Source of the DNA: Eledone cirrhosa
Taxonomy: Eukaryota
Assembly: GCA_964016885.1 (NCBI GenBank)
Contig: OZ024742.1
Location: 117,366,001 to 117,430,000 of the forward strand
Length of the DNA: 64,000 bases
Reading direction: 5' to 3'
Shown: piece by piece, positions 13,561 to 25,010 of the stretch
Layout: each line of letters starts with the position of its first letter
Numbering within the stretch: the stretch's first letter is position 1
Notes under the pieces: model-generated
The model's input: the letters and a program-made list of their open reading frames with translations, nothing else
What the model was told of the DNA's origin: nothing
Database searches by the model: none
Made by a program: the position numbers and the translations under genes

Positions 13561-13719
13561 AGTTAGGAACAATTATTTCATGTCTCTTTCATATATCCCA
13601 TGCATCACTTCACATATTTATCTTGATTTATTTATATCCTGCTAGAGACTGTCCTAATAAATTATCTTGACTATTCTTAGAAATAAATTATAGATTTTCT
13701 TTCTCTTGATATTTTTTAT

Positions 13720-13995
13720 TATTCTGTCCTGATGGCTTTGATCCTAACATGCCATTGTTCTTAGAAGTCTCACCATTTTGTCTCCCAGATTGCTTCTTTG
13801 ACCTTATAACTGTCTATTTCCATAGTATGGCCCTTTGTTGAGTCTACTGGAGGTGTAGGTTTTCACTTGTTCTCCACATTCATGAACCTCTGATAGTATC
13901 ATTTCCAGTTGTCTATTTTATGAGCATCAGTGAGGCTAAACGTGCCTGCGTTATTCCAAACACACTTATCCCAAATGATATCTTGATTCACATCA
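13720..13995 (-). mobile_element. RTE LINE fragment, upstream continuation of 11388-12780
   Basis: Homologous to 6540-6800 (GATTGCTTCTTTGA.CTTATAACTGT...TCTCCACATTCAT...TAGTATCATTTCCAG). Confidence 0.7.
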
Positions 13996-14341
13996 TTGAA
14001 TTCTAGGAGCCTTGGTCCCTCTTCATTACTCGAGCCATATCCTCAGCTATTATGCACTTCATTTTAGCCATCTTGTTGCTGCCCAAAATGTCCATTAAAG
14101 TCACCCACCAGAATAATAAGGCCCCTGTCATCTCTTATTGAAGTTGTCTGTAATAGGTCCTCATCGAAATAATTTTCTTATTCTATACTTAGCGCTGATT
14201 GTGGCATATATGTTGAAATAACTGTTGTTATGTTATCACATATGGCTATTCTGAACTTGTAATTCTGTCATTTATTCTAACTACCTCAATTACCTTGTCT
14301 ATCAACTTCTCAGCTAGTAAAATCTATCCACATATCTACCA

Positions 14342-14377
14342 TTATCTACTTATCTATCTCTCTATCTATCTATCTAA

Positions 14378-14432
<55 letters not shown>

Positions 14433-14441
14433 CCTACCTAC
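14342..14441. repeat. (TATC)n/(TACC)n microsatellite; insertion site of the Tx1 LINE
   Basis: Seen directly; the last 19 bp are duplicated at 20257-20275. Confidence 0.95.
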
Positions 14442-14674
14442 GTAATCTAGCTGTCGTCTGTTCTACAGTGTGGATGTAATTCACTTCGCGCAGAAGTTTT
14501 GTTCAAATTTATTGCGGAAATTTTGTGAGTTCAAATTTAATTTTGATACTATTGTGTAGCTTGACCCCCCGTCTGAACTGTCAGGCGGTGGGTCAGCTCA
14601 TCTTTACCCCTCCTAGAGGTGAAAAACCTATTTTAAAAATTTTGTGGAAAAAAAAGTTCAATTGTCTGACAGAA

Positions 14675-16568
14675 ATGTTAAACGAAGCGAACGAAAATAG
14701 TGGTGGGGGGACAGCGGTAAGAGTTGTAAGCTCGCACGCTTTAGTCCCCTCTTCCTTCCCAACTAACGTCATAGAGAAGGAAGGAAAAATTAAAATAAAA
14801 ACAGACGAATCTGCGGAGAAAAAAAATGATGAAAACACAAATCTGGACATGGATTCCAACAACGAAAAAAAAAAATTGAAAAATTGCATGACAATACTAA
14901 CACCACAAACAAAGACACAACAAACACAAAAATAACATTTGAAAATAACACCATAACAGAAAGCAAAGCAGACGACAAGATTTTATTTGCACAGACAACA
15001 AAGAAATCTTTGACTTATATACCGGAAAATATTTCAGATGTGGCACGAAGAATCACAGACGCCAAACAATACATAAGTGAAGGAGAGAATGTTATTTTAT
15101 CGGTAAAAATGCCTCAAGAATTCACCAAAGACATTGAAAGCCGAACGGTCAAGTTCCGCACCATCAACAACAGTACAAAAAAACCTGAACAGCCTTCTCA
15201 AGCAGATATCAAAACAGTACTCACAGAAGTACTTAATGAAACCACATAAGAAAAGACAGACTGTATGGAAGCCTAGCAATTATCATGAAGAACGAATCGG
15301 CGGCAAAAAAATGTGCTTTGTCACCGATTCGTTCGAAAAATTTTACCTTTTATCCATCTTATATGGGTAAAAGAACTCAACGCATATGGCTGGATGCAAT
15401 GATGCCAGATGTGGACTACTGCTGGCTCATAGCTGGCTTCATCGATCCAGTGAATGACAACGTGATTTCCATTGGGAAAACCACAGGCAATGCGTTCAGT
15501 GGAACAGGTATAGAGCTGGTAGTGCAAATGAAGCCTGAACGCATCGCCCAAATACCCGACAGAATCCTATTAGAGGGCCACGGGTATATAAACATTAGCG
15601 TGGAGGGGAGAAGGCCGTCCTGCCATATCTGTGCAGGCAGAGGGCACCTGAAGGCCGCTTGTCCCCAACTCAACAAAAAGAAAACCCTGCTACCAACACC
15701 AGCTCCACCACCACCACTACAACAGATAAACAAACAACAAAACTCAGTCCCACCCAACCCGTCCCTCAGTAAAACCACACCACCACCACAACACAAACAG
15801 TCACAACACATTACCCCAAAACAAAATACAGGCCCACCCAACCTCTCACTCAATAAAACAACACAACCACCGCAGACACAACACACAACACAGTCTAACA
15901 TAGTGACATCCATCTCCCCCACAAAGAAAACCAACACGGAAACATTACCAGCAAACATACCTCTTCCCTCCAACACTGAAGATAACCCAACGAATTCGGA
16001 GGAAGAAACGGAGTCCTTCAGACAGATTAAAAGGAAAAAAAGAAAACATGTGCAAAACACACAAGGCCAAACAACCCCCACCCAAATCTCAACACAATCC
16101 AACAAAACAGAAAACACCCCTCCAGCAACAAACAAAACCAAACCTTCCCCTCCCCTCTTCGAAACACTCACACCATCCGAAAAAAAGACATTACACTATA
16201 CTTACATCAACAGAAACAATAATAAATTAAATGAACTCATATACAATAATCCTTCGGTACAAACCGAAGGTGTAAACTTTGTTTCTTCAGAAAACTACCC
16301 ACATTTAAAATTAATAAAGATCCCAATGAACCTCTACCAAAAACTAAAAAAGGATTTTAAGGAGGACGTAGGACCACCCTCTGTCAAACCAATAAACCGC
16401 GTCCTACTAAAAAGCTTTCCCCCTCCCCTTCCCCTCCCCAACACAACTCCAAACACCCCAACCCCACCACACACTGACGACCCCACACCACCACAAGACA
16501 CCCCTTCACCCAACACCCCCGACCCCATGGAAGTCGTGCAACCCGAACCCCGGGAAGCGGAAAGGTAG
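14675..16568 (+). pseudogene. Tx1 ORF1 (gag-like zinc-knuckle protein) split over three frames
   Basis: ATG at 14675. Pieces 14675-14935, 14884-15249 and 15285-16568 are in different frames; an A11 run at 14865-14875 is a likely slip site. CHICAGRGHLKAAC fits CX2CX4HX4C. Pro/Thr-rich tail with a KRKKRK basic patch. Confidence 0.75.
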
Positions 16569-16601
16569 GTCTCTACACTCTCCTTTGGCTCTGCCGCCCA
16601 C

Positions 16602-19600
16602 ATGGATGTGTTAAGAGTAGGATGTTTGAATTCACGTGGCCTGGGCTCAACTTGGAAGCAAGCAAAGCTTCTAAATGACCTCAGGTCATGTAGTATAAAT
16701 GTAATGGTTATCTGTGAGACTCGAATCAGCGTCGTGCGGCAGCTGGCCCCCACCTTCGATGACTTTGAGGTGCATGCATCTCTCTGTCAACCTGGAGGTG
16801 GGGGTGGGGTTGTCGTACTGCTGCAAAAACACCTGGGTCTTGCCGTACAGGTTGTGCACTCGGACCCGGAGGGTTGTTTGTTGGTGCTAGACGTTGGCAG
16901 TAGTGAAAGTGCGGCCTTGAGACTGGTCGCCGTCTACTCCCCTTTCGGAGCTGAACGGCCCGACTTCTTCCATCGTTTGGAGACTTTTCTGGGAACGTCG
17001 CGTTCCCTGCTTCTAGCGGGGGATTGGAATGACATCCTAGATGCACGTTCGGACTATGCAGGAGCATGTCCTAATAGAGGGGGGTGTGACAGCCTCAAGG
17101 GGTTACTCGACCGTTTTAACTTGGTCGATAGATATCGACTAGATTTTCCAACTGTGCCTACCTGGACTTGGAGAAACCACAGTGGTCAATCTAGATCGTA
17201 CTTAGATAGATTCTTAGTTAGAAGTAAGGATAGGGACATATTAAGCTGTCCAGAAATGCGCACGGTTGGCTACACGGATCACAAATTAGTGACCTGCGTA
17301 GTCAATCTCGAGAAAACACATAAACAGGGTCCCGGTTACTGGAAACTTAATTTGTCTTTACCGGCAAAAGAGACTTACAGAAACCGGATTAGCAGATTAG
17401 TTAAGGAGAGGTTGACGGGTGCAATCGTCAACAACCGATGGTGGGCATCTCTCAAAAGAGAGATTAGAACGGAATCAATAAGTTATAGCAAGATGTTAGC
17501 TGCCGATAGGAATAGAAACGAGAAAGAATTAACAGGTAAATTAGAAGAGGCAATCAAGAGCGAAGACGTGGCCAGTGTGCTGGCATCGAGGACGGCCTTG
17601 AACCAGTTTTTCGATGCAAAGCACGAAGGCTGCGTCATTCGAAGTAAAATACGTGCTCTAGGTAATGAGGGGGCCAAAGCCGTTGGCTGGGCCCGCGTGA
17701 CAGAAGCTAAGAGTGGAAATCGATCCACCATCCGGTCGTTGCAAGACGAAGATGGACGGGTGATCCGGGAGCCTAAGCAGATGTGCGAGGCCTTTCAAAG
17801 GCACTTTTCCCGATTGTTCGGGGGAGGCGAGGGTCCGGGCGGGGGCGTGGATTTCGGTCCATACCTCGACGGCCTGCCGCGTCTCTTGAGCGAAGAGGCA
17901 GAGTCCTGCGAGGGACCAATCTCGGCTGATGAGATCGGAGATGCGCTGAGCCAATGCAGCAGACGCAAATCTCCAGGTCTCGATGGTATACCTTACGAAC
18001 TTTATTTAGCAATGCCGGTCTTCTTCTCCGAACTCCTCGAAGTGGTCTACTGCAATTGGCAGCAGAACGGGAGAATTCCTTGTTCTGTAGCCAAGGGCGT
18101 AGTCACGCTGGTGAGGAAGGACGAGAACAAGGGAGATAGTATAAATAATTTTCGGCCCATAACCCTGCTAAACACAGAGTTAAAGATTTTGGCCAAGGTG
18201 TTAGCAAAGAGGTTGGCGCTTGTCGTGGGTGGCCTGGTGGGAGATGCGCAGACATGTGCTATCCCATCCAGGTCCATTCACGATAACCTCCACCTCATGC
18301 GATACATCATAGAGAGGGTTGGCAACAAACCCGGCTTCGGTGGGGCCCTGATCAACTTGGATCAGTCTAAGGCCTTCGATAGGGTCGACCATGGTTACCT
18401 GGATGCGGTGCTAGCGGCGGCTGGGTTCAGTCCTGTTTTCAGAGGCTGGATCACTGCCTTACATAGCAACCACATCTGTTCTAGGATCAAGGTGAACGGC
18501 TACCTTTCGAAGCCGTTCGAAATCACACGATCCATTCGACAGGGGTGCCCTCTCTCCTCCCTTCTGTACGTATTGACTCTCGAGCCTTTACTGAGGAAGT
18601 TGGAGTTGTTGCAGGGTATCCCCCTGGAACCAGGATTGAGCAAAGCGGTGTCGGCCTACGCCGATGACGTAACAGTAATGGTATCGACCGACTCAGAGAT
18701 CGAGGCGATCGGTACCTTACTGGAGGATTACGAAAGGTTGTCAGGAGCGAAACTGAACCGGGAAAAATCCATCGGGCTGCAACTCAGAATGTGGAGAGGC
18801 AGACCAATGCCTCCTGACGGTGTCGTCGGACACTGGACGGAGGGCCCGGTAAAGTTGCTTGGGGTCTGGTTTGGACCGGACCTCCAGGTGGAAAAGAACT
18901 GGGACGAGGTTACGAACAAGGTGTTTGCACTAACCCAGAAATGGGCCAAGTGTAAGCTGTCCCTAAAAGGCCGGGCGGAGGTGGCAAACATTTACATAGC
19001 GTCCGTCATTTACTACCGCCTGACTGTCGTGCCTTGCCCTAAGGAAACACTCACCACCATGGAACGCATGCTCTTCCAATTTCTTTGGAAGAAGCGCCCT
19101 CCTATGGTGAGAAGATCCATCTGCTGCCAACAACCTTCGAAAGGAGGGCTGGGGATGCCGTGGTTGATGATGCGTAGGCACGCATTAAGGCTACGGCACC
19201 TACAGGTATTCCTCACTGGTCAACCGGTGTGGGCTCCGTTCGTGAAATGAGCCTTTCCAAGACTCGTCTCGCTCACCGAGCTACAGTCCTGGGTCAAGCA
19301 AAGATCCGGAAAACTGGGAGACTGGCACACTGAGTGTGCTCAGACGCTCAGGGCTCTCTGGCAAGCGGGCCAGGCCATCGGTGGAGAATCCACCTCATCA
19401 TTCTATAGAGGGCTGGTGGCTAGCAGGGGCGATGACACCCTTGGAGAGTCGCTGGACATGGAAGAAGACGAACTGGCCAGCCTGTTCGGTAGGACTTTCG
19501 GCCCAGGACCAATGGACAACTTCCAGAAGTCACTGGCCTGGCAGTGCTACCGGGGGGCTCTACCCGTTCGAGAGAGGCTCTACAGACACGGGCGCCCGGG

Positions 19601-20039
19601 CAGGGATCCCTCAAAAAAGATTTGCCCTAGATGCGTGCGTCACGAAGAAACCGTTGCGCACGCATTGGTGCAATGTCCGGGCGTGGCTGATCTGTGGGGC
19701 TACGCCGAACGACCGCTGTCGCGGGTGGCGCCGATTAAATTGACCGCCGAGTCCGTGATGATAATCAAACCGCCTCCCCTCTTCACAAAGGAAGCAAAGG
19801 CGGTTTTTCTGTGCGTAATAGCCATGTTGAAAGAGGTTGTTTGGTGGACACGATTGAAAGGTCTGAGGTCAGGCAACTTCCTCTCTGGCCATAGTCTGGT
19901 CTACTTCTTCCGATATCACTTCGGAAGAAGGATAAGAATGGAGAGAGAGGTGCTTGGCCACAGGCAGTTTTATGAAAGGTGGATGATAGTGGCGAGAATG
20001 GCTCGTGTAAATGGGCCTTCTCTGTATACCATCCTGTAG
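16602..20039 (+). CDS. Tx1 ORF2: endonuclease/reverse transcriptase with one in-frame TGA at 19248-19250
   Basis: EN motifs LNSRGL, ICET, GDWN, SYLDRF, TDH. RT motifs KSPGLDG, FRPITLLN, DQSKAFDRV, IRQGCPLS, YADD. The frame stays open after the TGA into 19416-20039, which carries the CPRC...ETVAHALVQC zinc finger. Confidence 0.9.
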
Positions 20040-20507
20040 GTAAAGAAGTAAAGGAGAGGGGAGCACCTTCTCCATGTGCTCCCCGGGCAAAGGATTGCAC
20101 ACTTTTTCGGGGGTGTGTGCAACCCCCATCACGTCCCCTCCCTTTTGAGGTTATTTTCGATTATTTTCATGTTACACCCTTTTTACTCGATTATATGTAA
20201 ACTCCCCCTTTGTATTTGTCCCTTCTTTTTATGCCTTTATGGTAAATAAAGAAATATATCTATCTACCTACCTACCGGTCTCTCTGCCTGTCTGTTTTCC
20301 TGCCTGTCTATTTGTCTGACTATCTTTGTACTTTTTACGAATATATCTATCTTCAGATAAAGACAGCAATAACAACAACAACAATGCACAAAACTCATTA
20401 GCTGTCCAAAGAAAGATAGCTAGATAGACAGATACATAGAACAAAATCATCATGATTTAGTACATTATGTTTGGAAATATGGGAAAAAATTATTGTAATT
20501 GTTTTAA

Positions 20508-20731
20508 CCCTTTATCATTCAAACCAGCCATATCCAGCTAGAATTCTTTCACTTCTTTCTTTCTGTTCAAACTAGCCATAATGCTTGCCCATACTTATGT
20601 TACAGTATTGTTCTCTCAATAAATAATATCAAAATCTCGTAGATTCAATGTTATGTGAGATAATTATGTGAAATAAAGTATTTACCATGAAAATGCAATA
20701 GTAAATATAGAGTAATCTAATTGCTAAAGGG
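20508..20731. mobile_element. piggyBac-like MITE
   Basis: TTAA|CCCTTTATCA ... TGCTAAAGGG|TTAA terminal inverted repeats with TTAA target duplication; a second copy lies at 44777. Confidence 0.75.
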
Positions 20732-21264
20732 TTAAATAAATGTAGTGTCATCTGCAAGTCTATCATGTGATGCATATACCACAAGGGTAGTAGCAACTGT
20801 AGTCTAATTTTAATTATCCTATCACATACAATAAATACTTTCATTACATTATCTACTAATCAACCTATACTATCATCAATGCCTGTGAGGATTCTAGTTG
20901 AGACAGCTCTACATCTGACATCTTGCAAACATCTCTGTTTAAGTATCTCTACAATTTTCTGGACCTACCTTTCATTGGACTGACGCTGATTGTTGCAGGT
21001 CAGAAGTTTTGAAACTGATGCATGAGGAGGAGGGCGGGTGGTTTGATATATGTTTTTTGTACCTAAAATGAATAGAGCCTGTGTGATTGTTTCATTATGG
21101 GTTGTGGCTTCTTAGTCATGGTCAAATACTTTTTACCACCAAATTACTTGTAATCCATCTTTCCTAACTAGCAATGCTCTGAACAAGGGATGGAATGGGT
21201 GGCCAGCATGGCACCAATAAGTTTCATCAGGTAGGAAGAGAACAGAAAAAAACTGCTGGCAGTA

Positions 21265-21455
21265 GTGAGTGTATACATGTGTAATTATGTATATGATTGT
21301 GTGCATATATATATGTGTGTGTGTTTATGTATTTGTAGGTATGTGCTTGTTTATATTTATATATATACATATATATGTGTGTATGTATGGATATATTTGT
21401 GTATATATGTATATGTGTTATATGCGTCTGTATGCTTATATAGGTATATGTATAG
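21265..21455. repeat. Degenerate (TA/TG)n microsatellite
   Basis: Seen directly in sequence. Confidence 0.9.
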
Positions 21456-21794
21456 GAAACATGCATATTACATGGAATTTAAATTTAAGATTTATAATGT
21501 AAGTTATCTCATTTTCTATATTTTCTAATCTTTTCTGTTTCTATATTTACAAAATTTGAAAATTTTGCTTTGAGTTCTTATGACATAAATGCAACCGTTA
21601 TTTCCCCTAAAAATTTGAGATGAAGTCACTAAAATAGCAAAATGTTTTCTCCCTGTACTCACTTTTTTTTTGTACCAATTTTTAATCTTCTGCTGAAATG
21701 CAAATATATTTAAACACAAACTAGCATAAAGTATGGATATTATTCCTCATGATTATTATAATTATTACTGTTGTCATTATTATTAATGTTGTGG

Positions 21795-21990
21795 GTGGTG
21801 TTTGGCAGTATTGGTAGAGCATCAGACACCATGCTTTGCAGCATAGAGTCATGGCCCTTTGCATTCTGAGTTCAAATCCGCCAAGATTAACTTTGCCTTT
21901 CATCCTTACGGGGTCGATAAAATAAAGTACCAGTAATACACTGGAATAATTGCTGGCCTTGTGCCAAATGTAGAAACAATTATTATTAAT
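21795..21990 (+). mobile_element. SINE, full copy
   Basis: TGGCAGTATTGGTAGAGC (A-box-like) ... GAGTTCAAATCC (B-box) ... CTTTGCCTTTCATCCTTACGGGGTCGATAAAATAAAGTACCAG ... GTAGAAACAATTATTATT tail. Confidence 0.85.
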
Positions 21991-22334
21991 GTTTTGGATT
22001 GCATTTTGAAATTTTACATAGCTTTGTGTTTAAGGAAAATGTTGTGTTGAAACATTTGTAAAGATTAAATGATTTAAGAACTTCTATCTGACATCTTAAT
22101 TTGTGTGTATGTATATATACATATGAGGTCTACTGATATGACTTTGTTCATGCCTTATCAAACCAGCGTTGATCAGGCCAACTCAACCACAATGCTGGCA
22201 AACCAGTTGTTATTCAACTGAAGGCAGTTTAGAACAGTCCCTTTTCCTCACCTTCCTTTTCAGTGTTTGGTGTTCCCTAAAACGAGTTTCAAAGTCATCT
22301 CAGGTATATATCAGTATACAATATGTACATTATG

Positions 22335-22545
22335 AACAGCATGGTCTGAAAAGGTGTAGCGAATGTGGCAAGGAATGTGCAAGCATGAGAGGTCTTAAAA
22401 GACATATGAGAACACACAATCAGAACCAAGCAGTGGAAAGTCCCAGAGGGTCTTTGGCTGGTTTGAAGAGCCACATTCGTGCCTCACATTTTTTAGCATT
22501 TTGTCAGGCGATGGCAATGCTTGTACACAAGTTTGCTGCCATCAT
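22335..22545 (+). mobile_element. C2H2 zinc-finger fragment, probably the 3' end of an RTE-type LINE
   Basis: CSECGKECASMRGLKRHMRTH plus a truncated SLAGLKSHIRA finger, ending at a (TA)n tract; no clear exon boundaries. Confidence 0.45.
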
Positions 22546-22590
22546 ATATATATATATTGGAAAATGTGTGGATTCCTTGGTACAGTTAGG

Positions 22591-22781
22591 TATATTTAAA
22601 AAAAAGGAAAAGAATGACTTCACTTGTAGTTCGAAACAATTTAATTTAATTTTATAATATTATGATTTTACAATTTGGTTTTGAAGATCTACAAAACCAA
22701 ATTGTAAAATTATAATATTATAAAATTAAATTAAATTGTTTAGAACTACAAGTGAAGTCATTCTTTTCCTTTTTTTTTAAA

Positions 22782-22785
<4 letters not shown>
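22591..22785. repeat. Near-perfect spacerless palindrome (~97-bp arms)
   Basis: Centre AGATCT at 22685-22690; arms differ at about 3 positions plus an A-run length. Confidence 0.92.
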
Positions 22786-22855
<70 letters not shown>

Positions 22856-23000
22856 TGATACATATTATATATACATTATAAGCAAGCAGTACATACTTTA
22901 TTCTTTCCAACTTTTTGATAAAAATTACCAAGGTAAAAGATCACATATTGTTTCTGAAGAGGGATGGTGTTTATGTATATTTGTGTGTGTATATATATAT

Positions 23001-23052
<52 letters not shown>

Positions 23053-23159
23053 TTAATCTTGTCTACAATGATGAGTGTCCTCGAGTGGCTCTGGTTTCAC
23101 AGTGGAAGGGGCCAAACGACCTACAAAGTTTCTTCAACACCTGAAGTTTCAATTAAACA

Positions 23160-23282
23160 TGTTTTATTCATAATCACATGTAACACGTGTTTTGCAAATC
23201 ACCACCAATGACCCACAAGCACTTACATATCTGTTTGGTAACAGGCAGTTTGACTCTGGATTCAGTTTACTCATCATACCGA
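23160..23282 (-). ncRNA. Degenerate hammerhead-like core followed by AATAAA (Penelope pLTR-like relic)
   Basis: Minus strand ATGATGA-GTAAA...TTTGC-AAAAC-ACGT-GTT...AATAAA; two core substitutions. Confidence 0.4.
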
Positions 23283-23513
23283 ATACATACATCTCTATAC
23301 ATATTTTGATTGTAATCTTCACTGTGCCTTATCAGCTAATCGACTCACACTGCATATTACCAAACCTTTATGTAACAGCTTGTGTCTGATTGCTGGTCAA
23401 TGTGAATTATGACCATTATGAATGAAATATGTTGAATTGAAACTTCGATTTCTCATTCTTAATGTATATACACATGCACACACACACACATGTATGTATA
23501 TATAGTAATAATA

Positions 23514-23566
<53 letters not shown>

Positions 23567-23700
23567 CATACATAAATTGTATGAACATCTGATAATGTCA
23601 CATGGATACTGTCAATGATATAACCATTGCAAAACCATGTCATTGAAGTATATATAATGAAAACAAAAAAACAATTATGTAAAAGTAACCCTGTCTTATT

Positions 23701-23724
23701 TCATATATATATATATATATATAT

Positions 23725-23764
<40 letters not shown>

Positions 23765-23806
23765 TATACATATATATATATATATATATTTATATATAAA
23801 TAACAC

Positions 23807-23891
<85 letters not shown>

Positions 23892-24004
23892 TATATATAT
23901 ACATATATATATATACACATATATATATATATACATATATATATATACATATATCTATATACATATATACATATATATATATATACACACATATATATAT
24001 ACAT

Positions 24005-24077
<73 letters not shown>
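23701..24077. repeat. Long (TA)n/(TACA) microsatellite
   Basis: Seen directly in sequence. Confidence 0.97.
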
Positions 24078-24080
<3 letters not shown>

Positions 24081-25010
24081 TGGGGAACATTTTAGTGTGT
24101 GTGTGTGTGATCTGTTTTTTAATTATTTTTTGTGTTGGTAAAAATATTATTTTCCTCTGTATTTTTGGGGAAATAGTTGATGCATTTTATTTGTAATGAT
24201 TTCATCATATTTTGTTGTGGCATATGAAGCTAAATTTTTGGTTTTTACACACATGACCCACCCATACCCTTTGCAAAATAACTATTTCAGCAATTTTTTT
24301 TTTTTTATATATGATGCAAAGAAAAGAAAACTTCCATTAAGAGAAATGACTTTGAAAAAATACTTGATGGCCTGAAGAGGTTTTTCAAATAATAAGTAAA
24401 CATTGGAAAGCTGGAGCTTAAACTAGGAATGGATTCAATACAAACATAGTTTAACTGTATCAGCAAAAATTATCTTAAAAGCATTTAACACAAAATAAGG
24501 GATGCTATGAACCGTATAGAGGATCTAAATATTAGAAGGAATTTGAATGTTGATCATTCATGGGTTGCAGTTTCATTCAAACTCATAAATTGGTCATATC
24601 GATGTTGTGTAGTAGTAGTAAAATTTCTTATTTCAGGCATTGTATTGCTTGTATGTTTTAAAATAATGCTTTTGGTATTTGTTCCTGAAGGTAAATCAAG
24701 ACTGAATAAATAGGTATTATTTCATCAGTTGATGAAATTTTGTTTTTAATGCTAAAATATTCTTTATGTATTAAATAGTTTCTTTGTGTAAAGCATGAAT
24801 TATATATGCCATATAATTGAGTTGGTTTCAATCTAGATTTTCATAGTGCATGTGTTGATAAGGTTTTTCTGTGTGTATGTCTGTATGTTATGTGATGTAT
24901 ATATTCTATTAGTGTGTTACTTGTGTGTGCAGCATGTATATTTTACTTTCTAATTTATTAAAGGTTTTGGTTGTGATATATGTACATATCTTCATATATA
25001 TATGAATAGC

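Larger units (their letters stand above)
14442..20256 (+). mobile_element. Full-length Tx1/L1-clade non-LTR retrotransposon (~5.8 kb)
   Basis: ORF1 with CCHC zinc knuckle, then ORF2 with APE endonuclease, RT and C-terminal zinc finger. AATAAA at 20245-20250. Flanked by direct repeat TATCTATCTACCTACCTAC (14423-14441 and 20257-20275). ORF2 is much more GC/CpG-rich than the flanks. Confidence 0.92.

Noticed and set aside
15416-16171. 251-aa minus-strand ORF
   Set aside because: Antisense shadow of the A/C-rich Tx1 ORF1; no domain features.
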